From: Lama glama
Lineage: Eukaryota
NCBI GenBank assembly: GCA_028534125.1
Contig: CM052817.1
Span: forward strand, 41,356,001-41,420,000
Direction: 5' to 3'
Length of the DNA stretch: 64,000 bases
The first letter of the stretch is position 1, and every line of letters begins with the position of its first letter. The translations under genes were made by a program, and so were the position numbers. Positions 13,269-25,833 of this stretch are shown here, piece after piece. Under the pieces are notes generated by a model. The model was not told where the DNA came from. It was given only the letters and a program-made list of their open reading frames with translations, and searched no databases.

Positions 13269-15888
13269 AGTTCACATCATGTGATATGACACAACAAGAC
13301 GTTTCATCCAATAATCAAGGCGTAACAGTCAATTGGTGAAGCTTTCTATAATAGAAGGATTTTCATATGGGAAATGACAGAGAGTTTACTATCAGTGATT
13401 TTAGTAGAAATTTTACACTTACTGGGAATTTTTGAATTTTGTGTTTGCTGGACGTAATCATACCAACCAAAAGCCAAGATCTCTGGGGCAACCTGCCACA
13501 AAATAGCACCCGTGCATTTTAATAATGCTCTTCATAAAGTGGCAATCTGCTTCAAAAGACAACCCCAAGGCTCTGTGTGCTTGATTCTGTTGGTTCCAAA
13601 GAGAAAAGAAAATGCTGGTCAGGGTGTGTGGGTAGGCAGTGGAAGAGGCTGGTGTGTGTGTGTGGAGGGAGTGGAGTATTGATCAGGACTCTGGGTTTAA
13701 AGGTTTATAAATGTGGGGAGAACTAGAGCAAGTTCACAATGCTGATCATGAGAATGTAGTGGCTCTGTGTTAACTCACCGCTTCAAGTCTAGGAGGTTGT
13801 TAGCAACTTGGGGCCCTGCCCTAGAGAACAGCAGAATTGCTGTCATTAGATCCTTTTAGTTTCTGGCTGCCAGAGTATACATGACAGCATCAATGAAGCC
13901 TGCCATTCTGGCAAAGGCGAGCCTTTACAGCTGTAGCCAGGATGTCTGGAGAACATGGAATAGACATGCTCTCTTGCTTCTCCTCATTATTCAGGAAATA
14001 TCCTTGATCCCTTGGCAGAACACTCACTTACTTGTGGGGCAAGAAAGGAAAAATGCGATGCTTGCCTTCTAGACCAACAGAACCTAGGTGTTGCTATGAC
14101 TTTCCAGCTGTGATGCGAGCCTTTCCAGGCAACCGGTCCCTAAGCCTGGCACCACACGTTAGACTAAGAAGGCAGAGAGTTATAGTCTGAGGTCAATTTG
14201 CAAATTGCTTCCTTGTACAAAGGATAGTCTCAGAGAGTCTTTCATAAAATAGAATTATTTTTTAAAGTCCTGTTTTTACAAAGAATTGAGCCAGCAAAAG
14301 TCTTTTAAAATTAGTCTTTACTTATTAAACATTTCATCAACCCTTTTCAATGTGAGGATATAAAATTTAAAATGTTAGAAGTGGAAAATGAAGTAGTTCA
14401 ATTCTAAAACAGTAATACTCCCAAATCAAATGATTTTTTAGACATCGCTATTTTCTTTAGCTGATTAGTAAGGTAGTATTGTCCATTTAGATTTGGTTTC
14501 TAATTGCTTCTCGGGAGAAATGATTGTTACAGTTGGACCCTTTTATGAAAAATTTACCTGTGGGGCTAGAATATAAACTTCTAGTGTCACAGAACCAATT
14601 TGTCTTGAGGCATTTTGCTCTATAAAGGAATATAGTCCTATCCAGCCAAGTGATTTATTCAAAAGTGATTCACTGAAAATGTACACAGGATAAGGCACTG
14701 TGTGAGGGGTGATGGCGAGGAGAGGGGAAAGTACTAACATTGTCCAAGGTCTGGCTCCGTATTTGACAGGTTCTCAGGTTTACTGAGGAAGGTGATGGGT
14801 AAACAGGATACAATGAAATGGTAATGCGAGACAGCACTGCAGGATTCTGTGTCGATGAATTGTACAGGCAGAAAGGGTTCTAGGAATGGAAGTCCAGCCA
14901 GCAAGATCAGGTTCATTGTGTGAGCAGAGTTTACATTACTCTCCCTGAGCCTTTATTTAGACATTACTTAAAAGCAAAGAAGGATGGACTGAAGCAGGTG
15001 AAAAGTGGTGTGAGTTTTATAGACTTGAACTTGACATAGCAACAACTCTAGGGTTTGTAGATCCAAAATACCAGTTTTTAAGCTATGCTTAACACTCCCG
15101 AGTCTCCCAGATGCCTGATACGGTGCCTCCATCTGTCTAGATGGGAATCTTTTTTTCTTTAACTAAAGTCCAGTTGGCATCAGTGATAAACTGAATAGTC
15201 CAGTGACTGCTTATCTGCCTCGTACTAAGGGTGAAATTAAGAACTCTGAGTCCAAGTCATGAAGGCAAACTATATCAGAATAGACTTTGCTCACTATCCC
15301 AGTGAGGATTTTGGATGTAATGTAGACTCTGCCATTGATGATGACAGCCTGCCTGCCATTCATATCTCCTCTTTCCAGAGATAATGTTTATTACTGGAAC
15401 CAAAGCACATACCATAGACTTGTTTCTGGCCCGCATTATAACAAAATGTCATAGTGTTTGAGATAGCTATAGGGTTAGATCTAAGGATGACTTAAATTAA
15501 TGAAGATTTTTAGAGCAAGCAGGACAAATAAAACCTTCAATTTCAACCCTCTCCACTAAGGCCCCCTTCACCTTTAAGATTTCTTTCTCAAAAAGAAGGT
15601 TTAATTACAAAATATAAGAATGAATCCTTGGCGTGTTCCTCCTATGCCCGCCATCTGACAATACTATTCTTGGTAGCAGAGGCATATTTTAGCTATTATT
15701 TGTTAGTGCTGGGGCCACATGCCAATATCTTCCAGCATTTGGGGGGACGTGAGAGTGAAACAACGGGGTTGATTCTCATTTCCTCCCACCCCAGGCCTGA
15801 AAGCAAGTATGAGAAACCATACAGGGCAGTGCGATGTGTACAAGGCAGAGCCATGCTCTGACAGAGCCCTTTAAAAATAAGCAAGTTA

Positions 15889-15983
15889 TGAGAACGCGTA
15901 TCTGTGTATGTAAGGCTGAAACATTATGCTGTACACCAGAAACTGACAGAGCATTTTAAACTGACTGTACTTCAATTAAAAAC
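15889..15983 (+). mobile_element. ~95-bp L1 3'-terminal insertion with degenerate 15-bp TSD
   Basis: tgctgtacaccagaaactgaca..ctgactgtacttcaattaaaa flanked by aaaataagcaagtta (15874-15888) and aaagtaagcaaatta (15984-15998). Confidence 0.85.
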
Positions 15984-17126
15984 AAAGTAAGCAAATTAAC
16001 CGAGATTACTCTCAAGGTAAAATGAAAACCCTACCTCCTCTCTTATTCAAAGAAGTTTTCTCAGACCAAGCCTGGAAGAAATGCATCATTTCCTTCCACT
16101 CTAGAGCCAATAAAAAAAGATCTGCAATTAGATCCAGTCCACTATTAGAGTCTGAAAAATCCGTAAAGCTCATAGGAACAAACTAAAGTTTCTGTGTTTC
16201 AAACACCTGTGGGTCTTAGAAGACTGCTGCTGTGTGTGCCCCTCAGTAGGGGATGATCTGTTCTTTCACCTGTTGAAAGTGCATTCCTTTTGGGGATCCC
16301 TATCTGCACCTCGGGACACAGCCAGAGAATAAGGGGGCCCAAAACTCTTCGTCAGCTGGAGTCACGTGGTTATATATGGGACCCCCTGATACCACGTGGG
16401 ACTGCAAGCCTTTACCAGGTGATTTAGCCATTTCACACAGTGGTTGATGGCAATTTCATAGACAAGATGTGAGCATGCCCCACAGCCCATTCTCAGTGAC
16501 CGAAAGAGGCAGCATTTCTATCTAACCCCTTCCTGACTTCCTTCTCACTAGTTCTGCCCGTAGCCTGGTGTTTCACTCCACGGCTAGCCATCTTGCCTGG
16601 TGTTTTTGATAGCAGAAATTATTTATTATTTATACCCTATCTAATTAAAAACATCTTTTAAGATGATTTTGCAACTCTCTTGATCCTTATAGATGGCTTC
16701 TGCTAAAAGGAATGGGCAATAACCCTTATTTCCCAACCTAATGTTGCTCGCCTTCACCTCGATTCCGGACAATGCTGCAACGTCCTTCTGGAATAACAAA
16801 ACAAGGTCCTAATGCTCATAGCCACTAAATAGCTACTGAAAATAATGGAAAGTCCTTCTCAATAAGCTATTTATGTTAACGTAAGACTTTTAAGCAGAGA
16901 AGTCACTAACCCCCTAACAGAGTTTGAAGTGCTTTGTGGTTGTTTTCCATTCAGAACTTTCTTTTAAGCTTTTCTTTTTTCAGACATGATTTCTACTATT
17001 AGAAAACAAGCCTTTCCAATTTGCATTCATGTAGCACTTAGTTCAGAGTGTAGTAAAGAAAATGCATTCATTTCCTATGTTTAAATAAAGAGATGAAGAA
17101 AACGGAATGGGATTTAGTGTTTTATT

Positions 17127-17128
<2 letters not shown>

Positions 17129-17162
<34 letters not shown>
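17129..17162. repeat. (AT)n microsatellite
   Basis: Perfect AT dinucleotide run. Confidence 0.95.
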
Positions 17163-17167
<5 letters not shown>

Positions 17168-18030
17168 TTTAGAAAAGTTTTCCTACAAGTAGATTCCATT
17201 GCCAAGTTTTAGACGTTTTGTTTTGCCTCTGAGATTTTGGGTGACCACAAGAGGTCTGAAAAAAGAAAAATCCATATTTCACATCTAATTATGTGAAAAA
17301 ACACCCATTTTCCCCTGTGGCCCATTGAAACAAATTGTTGAGAACAGAACCTTGCCTTTGTACAAAGAATATGTATATTCCACACTCTTGGTAGAAGTTG
17401 AACACAGTAAACAATGTGTCTGGGGAAGAAGTGAGAAAGACTTTGCTGCTTCAGTATGAAGGGGATGCATGTCCCCACCATCCAGATTGGGGGTGGGGGT
17501 GGGGGTGAAGGTGGCGGAAGTACAAAAGGAAAGAAATTATCTTAGTAGGAGGGACAAGACAGGCACATGGGGTCAGAGGCAGTCCTTGGATCTTATTGAC
17601 ACATATGACGATGATGGATATGTGGACTCTGTGAGCTATGCTTCTTGGTGAACTCAGTAAATGCTACATTTCTGTGTGCATGTGCTGCTAAATTTCTGGA
17701 AAGTTTACATCCAGACATTAATGATCCATCACATAATCTGTCAGATCAATGGATTTATTTTTTAAAGACTTGCTAGATGATCCTGATTTAAGTCCTCTAC
17801 CTAAAAATCCTATTCAAAGCCTCAGTCTGACAATTAAGATATAACGCTACACCACAAAAGGGCTTCATCGGTGTCTCTATAGAGAAGACCAGGAAGATCC
17901 TTTTCCCTTTCTTTGCTTCCATTTACTGATACCTCTAAGTGCGCTAGCCAGTCCTTCCAAGGACTGATTCTCTCTTGCCATGATACACAGGGGCTGTGAT
18001 ACCTCAAATCCTTACCTGTATGTGTTACAT

Positions 18031-18280
18031 TAGTAACATATCAGAATTACTAGTAATTCTATGTTATTAGTAATTTTAGTAATTACTAATATTATTAGTA
18101 CCTGTGTTGCTGAACTGAGCACTAATTATTAATATTATTAGTAACTTGAAATGCTATGTTAGAATTAGACGTAGCAGGCATGGTAGACTTATTAGTAATA
18201 CATTGCTAATATAAAATATATGAATATTTTTCTATATTTATAATATATATTCATATATTTATATTAGTAATATATTAACT
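18031..18280. repeat. AT-rich patch of nested palindromes/inverted repeats
   Basis: agaattactagtaattct, ttagtaattactaa and a ~21-bp inverted repeat (18206-18227 / 18247-18267). Confidence 0.8.
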
Positions 18281-18282
18281 AG

Positions 18283-18990
18283 TCATTCATTCAGTAAATA
18301 AATTTTGGACACTCACTTGCCAGACATGCTTTTAGATTTATGAACAAACAGTTAACAAAACAGACATGCATCCTTGTGAATGCAGAAGGTTCCATTATAC
18401 TGAGGGAAAACAAAATGAACAATAACCATAATAAATTAGTAAATTAAATAGTTGATAACTGCTATGAAAAGTAGAAAGTAGAGCAGGATGAGGGAAGCCA
18501 ATAGTGCTGGGGGGAATGGGAGCTAGGGTGCAATTTTAAGAAAGAAAAGCATCATTGCAAAGTGGAGTTTGAGCAAGAGGGAGTATTTGGGGGACAATAG
18601 ATACAAGTAGTGGGAACAGCCAGTGCAAAGGCCAGAAGGCAAAGAGTTAGTTGGTGTGTTCAGTGGAGGCTACTGCAGCTGGCCCAGAGAAGCCTGGGGA
18701 GAAGATGAGGTCAAGAGCCAGAAGACAAGGGGTGTGGAGAGGGGAAGCTGATTTTGAGTGCCCCATAGGACGTTACAAGGATTTGAGCTCTTACTGTGAG
18801 TGAAAACTGAAGCCACCATAGCAATGGCATGATCTGATCTACATTTTAAAAGAATGGCTCTGGCTCCATGGGGATAGAGTTTAAGAGGGCAAGGATTGAG
18901 GCTGAGAAAGCACTCAGGAGGCTGCTCCAGTGATCTAGAGCAAGATGAGGTGGCCCGGACCTGGTGGTGGCGGTGACGATGGTGAGAGCG
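18283..18990 (-). mobile_element. LINE-2 3' fragment
   Basis: tcattcattcagtaaata (L2 tail, reverse complement)...gggaacagccagtgcaaaggcc...gcatgatctgatctacattttaaaagaat..ctctggct. Confidence 0.85.
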
Positions 18991-19319
18991 CTTCTGAAGT
19001 TCCTGCCGGCAGGAGTTCCTTGTGGGTTTGATTACATCAGACCCCTCAGGGCTCCTGAGTGGTGTTCTTTGGGGACCACTCCTCTAGTGCTGTTCGGCTT
19101 TGGGTATGTCTGTCTGTAGCTCAGATTAGATAAGACTATAGCCCTATTCCTTTGTTCTCCTCTTGTTCGCTTACTTCTAGTTACACATTAGTCGTGCATG
19201 CCATTCCCTGTTAATCTTCCTTTGACACTTAAGAAAAAAAGAATAGGACATAATATTTGTTAAACAGCTACATAAATAAGGCCTTGTGCTGGGCACTTCA
19301 AATGCCTATAATGACTTAA

Positions 19320-19550
19320 CTAACATTTATTGAGTGCTGACCAACTGTCAGGTGCTGTGTTAAACACTTTTGTACAGGTCATCTGACAACAATCATGGGA
19401 AGCTACTATTATTATCCCTTCTTACAAGATGGGGAAATCAAAGCTTAATAAAATGTAGATTACCTGCCTCAGAGTATCTCATAAGCAGCAGAGCAAGGAA
19501 TCAAACCCAAGATTGTCTGAGCTCTGAAGTATTTTGCTTTCCATTTAATC
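19320..19550 (-). mobile_element. MIR SINE
   Basis: aacatttattgagtgctga..tgtcaggtgctgtg...ttacaagatggggaaatcaaagc...ggaatcaaacccaag. Confidence 0.8.
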
Positions 19551-20541
19551 CTCACTCCCCAGTCCCCCAAAGTCCATGAGGTAAGAATTATTGTCTCCAT
19601 GTAATTTTATCAAATTTCCAGTCAGTTTACTGTTATTTTTTATGGCTGGTATGTATGTCTGCATGTAGATTCTCTCCACAACTAGCCTATTCTTTCCTTG
19701 CATGTAGAAAAATTGGGTACATGCCATAGCATCAAGCATGATGCCTTGAGCATAGTTAGGGTTAAATAAATACAAGTTGACTGATTCTGTGCTGTGTTGT
19801 TTCATGACATCATCTTATACCAACCACATGCAGCGTCAGATTCTACTTCTCTGTGCCCCAGAGGGCGCGTTGCGTAGTGTGGGCTACAGAAATCTTATTC
19901 ACAGCGTATGCTTGTTACTTAATCTATTTCTCTTTGCCATTCTGCTATGACTCTTCCAGCTCTCACCCAGCTATTTTGTCTGCTATGACTCTTACAAGAA
20001 GAAACAAACACGATTTTTTTTCTAGAACATTTTTATTGTACTCCCACTTGGGCAGATAAAAATGAATTTGACGTCACGGCTCAAACAGCAGCAGTGTTCA
20101 CATGGACTTACTTTTCCTATCTTTACCAATCTCATGAGATCTGTAAATTTCTAATACACTTAGCTCTTCAACAGGTCCTGCAGGAAAATCAGAAAGAGAT
20201 AGTAATTCCAGCCAAGTCAAGGAAGCAAGGACAGGAGCCACTGGACGATGTAAAGAAAAGACAAAAATTCATCTGCTAATCTAGGGGTCAGAGGCTCTGG
20301 TTGGGCTTCTGAAAATATAGGAGATTTTGTAAAGGCTTATATATCAGGTACACACTAGCTTCTTGCCCTTCACTGAATAATCTATTCTGGGACCATGTTG
20401 GGGAACCCCACTTCTGAAAAACAAACAAACAAGTGAGCAATAATGGCAAGAAGACACCAAAAAGCACATTTATCTCTTATTTTATGAAGTTTTCTGCCCT
20501 TACCCTAACTTAAAAACAGTGATTTCCTTCACCCATGCTAG

Positions 20542-20917
20542 TGTCCACGTTAGTCCGCACAGGCTGCCATCACAAAGTACCAGAGACTAGGGGGCTTAAA
20601 ACAATAGAAATCTATTTCTCACTGTTTTGGAAGCTAGAAGTCCAAGATCAAGGTCAGGCTGATTCAGCTCCGGGTGATTCCTCTCCCTGGCTAACGGATA
20701 GCTGCCTTCTCGCTATGTCTTCACATAGCAGAGAAAGAGAGGTCTTGTCTCTCTTCCTCTTCTTCTAAGGACACTAATCCTATGAAATCAGGGCCCAACC
20801 CTTATGACCTTACTTAAGCTTAATTTTTTTCAGTAAAAGTCCTGTCTCCAAATGCAGTATCATTGAGGGTTAGTTTCAACATATGAATTTTTGAGGGACA
20901 GAATTCAGTCCATAGTA
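20542..20917 (-). mobile_element. MaLR solo LTR (MLT1A/B-like)
   Basis: ggctgccatcacaaagtaccagagactagggggcttaaaacaatagaaat...gaagtccaagatcaagg...caacatatgaatttttgagggacagaattcagtccatag. Confidence 0.9.
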
Positions 20918-23134
20918 GGGTCTATCTTTGAGATTTATCTTAAGCCTGAAATCTATTTATTGAATAGTTAAATATAAATGTTTTTATCTATGGAATAGTG
21001 CTCTCAGTAGTGATCATTTAGGAGTGGTAGATCTATATGTGGAATAGCTGAGTGCTACATAATTCCTATTTTAAGATGAAATGAACAATGAATTTAGCAG
21101 TGACAGCAGATGTTTAAAACCAGCCTGGGGGGGCCCGACTGCTACTGTTATTGTTGTGTCAGAAAATCTCATTAACAATTCAGAAGCTCCCTAAATCAAT
21201 TCTGCTATTAGCTCTAGGATATAGACCATCTTATTCAGGTATACTGATTTCCTTCATTGAGCACAGATCATGTAATAATAACATTCCAAGCTAGCTTTGA
21301 ATATCCATATTATTAAAAACCACCACACCCTTTACTTTATAGTTTGGTCAAAATTAAATAATGTCATTAAACCAGTAATATTAGGAGGAAAAAGAATATT
21401 GTTGATTGCTGTTTAGGTGCCAATTTACTAAAGCCATCTTCACCTCAAAGATGACTTCCCCTAATCTGTGTCCACGTGACTTACTAAACAACAGATAGGT
21501 TTTATTCAGTTTGGGGAAATATCTGGCCAATATGATCAGAGAGGAAACCAATCAAATCAGTTTTTTGGATCAAATACATATAGGCATATACTGTTTAGTA
21601 TCCTGCTTGAGTCAAACATATAAACTGTGATTTTTTTCAAAGGCATTTTTGGGATATGGGCTACCAAACTCAGGTTCTTTTGAAACAAGTCTGAGAAAAA
21701 GGAGCTTAATAGATCTTCCAGCTCGACTTCTTTTTGGTGGCTGAACCAGCGACTGCAGAGGGAAGGTAAGAAGGCAAGAAAGAGCCCACACCCAGCAGAA
21801 GCTGGGCTAGAATTAGGGGCCAGGTCTTACCAAGTCTGTCTCAAGCTTCTCACCAATATCACCCCATTCTAGATTTAGATTATTTCCCAAATATGCCTCC
21901 ATGTTCTTTCTCTACCCAATAAAACATTCCTCCACCAGCAACACTTGAAATATTTCCTGAGGAAAGATTTGAAATCCAGAAGTACTCTTAAAAGGGTCTG
22001 AGAATCTGCCTTTCCTTGATTCCTGAAGAACTGCATGGGCATGATGTCTGGAAATTGCTATGTTTCGTTTTTTCTTATAAACTTACAGTTTATTAAAAAG
22101 TTATAATCTGGGGGGAGGCTTAAAGAATTTTCCTCAGTGTTTTAAGTTTTTATTTCCTCTTTCCATTCCTCCATCACAACTGTTTTGCTTTACATTCCTT
22201 TCTTGAAATTACAGAACTTCACTTCCCTCTCTCACAAGCCCAGAAGAATCTCCTCTTACTAACTAGATTTGATGATTAATGTAGGTGAGAAAGTCACATG
22301 TGCTTACATATGTATCTTCAGCAAGGAATTGGTAAGTGTCACCATTTGTTTTTGAAGGCTATGGAAATACAAGACTATGTCTGCTTATCATATTTTTACA
22401 AACATATTGCAATCATTTCCTATTTCTAAGTGGCACGTGATGTGAAACAGCTGAAATGTTTCAAAAATGGGGCAGATATATTATAAAACACATGGATATG
22501 AAAGACTTAAATTTAGTATTGGGTTTGAGAAATAGCATGAGACCTTTGGAGAGTGTGAATATTTTCCAACGTGTGATATACTGAGAGTGCTGCCATATTT
22601 GTGTGGCTGTATGGTCTAACTCAGGTGTGAGAAATAGCTTGGTTTTCTCATGCAGACTGAGCAGAATCAGATCATTGTGCTGTTGAACTGAATTAAGACA
22701 TGGTAGATACTGTATATACGTGCACATGTTCAAATATGCAGATATATACACATTTACATGCATGTATATGCATTATGTAACAGTAAATATAAGTATAATA
22801 TAAAACCACCTATACATATATATATGAGATAACCTGTACGCAAATCAGAGTGCTAGATTCTTTGAAAACTACCAAGACAAATAAATGTGTGCAGGGGGAG
22901 GAGGCATGTAAACATTTACGCAGCATTGGTTAGAAAATGACCAGGACTCTTATTATGAAGAATCAGGAGACTTTAGACTTTAGATAAGGAAGTCCTGAAA
23001 CAGTAAGGAGATGCTGAGGTCAGTGTTTCCAAAACAACAAACAAACCCCCCTAACAACACAGGCAAAGCAAAACAAAAACAAATTCGTTTTGCCTCCTTC
23101 AGAGTTGTTTCTAGGGCCCTTAACAAGGTAAGTA

Positions 23135-23335
23135 CAAGCCCTAGGAGTCTTGAATTCCAGAACCATTCAAATCCCTGCTCCATCTCTTACTAGCTGTGCT
23201 CTCTGGAAAAATTACTTAGCTTCTCTGTGCCTTTGTTTCTTCATCTATAAATTGAAGAGGATGCTAGTGCAAACCTTGTGAATTGTCATCAGACTGAAGT
23301 GAGCAAATATATGTGAAATAACCAGAAACATGTTT
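23135..23335 (+). mobile_element. MIR SINE
   Basis: ttcaaatccctgctcc..ttactagctgtg..ttacttagcttctctgtgcctttgtttcttcatctataaa. Confidence 0.8.
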
Positions 23336-24313
23336 AAGTGATAGAACTTGGAGGGCGGGCCTCAGCCTAAACACAGGTGCTGGGAGAATTTGGGGTGAGG
23401 AGGGGAAAAGACCGTACTTTCTTTCACTCTTCCCAACGACAGTATATATTCCAGCTTTCAAGTCAGTAAAAGAATAGAGTGAGAGATACTTTACTGGTAA
23501 AACATCAAGCTTGCAACTTTGAAACTTAAAGGTCCTAAGAAACATGAGCGCAGTGAGTATTGTCATCATTTTACAGAGGCTCCAAGTTTGCTTTATTGAA
23601 GATGAAAATTCAATCATTTTCCAAATCAAATTGCAGAGGAACAGATGAGTTAATATTGTTTTGTGGACTTTTCACTTCCTGACGTTTGGGTCAGAAAGGA
23701 GAAAACACTCAGCCTTTGCTTTATATGCTATTTTCTCCTCTTTATCTGAGAACTACAATATTCCTTCTCGAGTCAGTAAAGATCTCAGAGTGTGCAAACT
23801 ACTCCCGGGGCTATTGGATACTTTCAGAAGCAGCATTTAAGTTACTGTAGCAAAACATAATGAGATTTTTTTTTAAACTGATGTGCTCTATAAGTAACTG
23901 TCAAAAAATTGTATTAAAAATACTTTCTTTTTAAGATGTAAATTAGACATCCCGGACTGTTTTCCTTTCAAGGTTTTTCTATAGAGTACTTTGAAAGATA
24001 CAACAACAGCAAAAAACCCCCCAAAAACCCTGTCAGTAATTTACAGATAAATGCCTCCAGTAATGTTTGCGTTTAGGCCTTTGAGGCGATGTCATTAAAC
24101 TAGAAACTTTTCTCCTTCGAAGATGCTGGAGTTTTATTTTTCTGTCTCTGTGTCTCTCTCTCTTTCTCTCTCTCCCTGCCCCTGCTCGCTTAGCATTCCA
24201 GAGTGAAACAATAGATACCTTTATGTCCTTCAGGTATTCAAAAGGCATCCATTGTTTCTTCCCCTAGGAAGAAACATTTTGTTTTCATTGATTAACATTT
24301 CCCTGGAAGAAGT

Positions 24314-24851
24314 TGTTGGGAAGGGGAAAATTTCCCTCTCTACCTCTCCTGAGTTCTTGTGGCTGGACTGATAATAAAATTAACACAAGACAGATGAACA
24401 AGGGAAAAGAAACAAATTTTAATTCATGTGCATGGAGGTGTCACAGAAACGGGACCTAAGAAGTGGCCAAAGCAGGCAGATTTTATACTTTTCAGACAAA
24501 GAAACAATAAATTTGTAAGGAATTGACAGGACAAAGAAACTTAGACTTTTGGGTGCTCAAGATACTGAAGAATCTAAAGAGAGTTTAGGCTTGGGGTAGT
24601 AAATTGAAGAAGTAACCGTGCTTGTTTCTGTCGGTTTCTCGGCCCTCATTCCCTGTCTCTGCCTGTAAAGGGCGTCTACCCTCACACGCAGGGAGCACAC
24701 CTTTCAAGTGAGATGCATTTCCTGTTTCAGGAAGACAGAAAGGAAGGTCAAAATTTCCCTCTTGAGCTGGCCGCTTCTTAAGACACTTTAATTCAAAATG
24801 ATCAATATGCCACTGAGGCACATTCTGGGGTGGCCTACTCTAAGCCCCAAA
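24314..24851 (-). mobile_element. ERV1-class solo LTR (MER34-like)
   Basis: tgttgggaaggggaaaatttccc start and caaaatgatcaatatgcca..ggcacattctggggtggcctactct end, typical of MER34/MER39-group LTRs in reverse orientation. Possible 4-bp TSD aagt/aaga. Confidence 0.8.
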
Positions 24852-25469
24852 AAGATCTTGGAGGGAGGCAATCAGAAAATGGGAAGTCAGAGATTTTACA
24901 TATCAGACTTAGAAAATTCTGATTATCTGATCTTCAATAGCAAGAGAGTGATTTACGATTGAAGTTAATATGAAGAGAAAATGTTTGTACAGACTTAAGT
25001 GGTTCAAATATTTTCCCTCTGATTAATTACCAAATGCTTAGTGGAGCAAAGTGAATTAAATTGAACAGCTTATCGGGGAAACAGTTAGCAATGGTCAAGT
25101 TTTCAAAGTGATCATCTGGTTGCTACCAAAGGTTATCAAAATATGAATGCTTGGAAGAAACCAGATGTCACCTCGCAAGCTCCTGTGTGACACCCAATTG
25201 CACCTCAGACTCCTAACAGAGTCCACGGGGGTAGGAAAGGACTCGGAGGGGGCTGACCAGGACTACGCAAGTAAGTTTGCCCAAAAGATCAGGCAGACAA
25301 GTGAGCCTCCGCCCTTCTAGAAAGAGGCATCAGTGATTTAGAAGGACTAGAGGGATGAGCCCACGCATAAATGAAGGTGAAAGAGGGAGCCATCGGGGAA
25401 GACAGAAATTGACTTCTGTATAGTCAATAAGGCACCATTTCCACATACCCAGTCCTGACTTCTAACTGT

Positions 25470-25833
25470 TGGCACCATTGATTGTTTCCCTGCAGGCTCG
25501 CTGCCTGCCAGGGAAGGCTGGAAGTAAAGGAGAATTATTGCCCTGTTATTATTATTTGCTAGGAAAGGGGATTTATTTCCCTCAACCAGTCACTGATGGG
25601 AGTTGGTAGACAACTGTAGGGGTAACTTGGAGGGGGGTCCTGCACTGGTTCCTGGAGTGCCCAGCAGGGTAAGTACCACTTGCTGGCGAGGTGGTAACTG
25701 CTGTGATTCTTCCTCGTCTCTGACTTCCTTCTCTTCTCTGCACACTGCAGGGTTTCCTACACCATCTCCTCACTGAAATATTCACACAGGAACCTTGCCT
25801 CAGATCAGCATGGGAGGAACCCAAACTAAGACA
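25470..25833 (+). mobile_element. ERVL solo LTR (LTR16-like)
   Basis: Ends cttgcctcagatcagcatgggaggaacccaaactaagaca, the LTR16-type 3' terminus. Confidence 0.7.
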
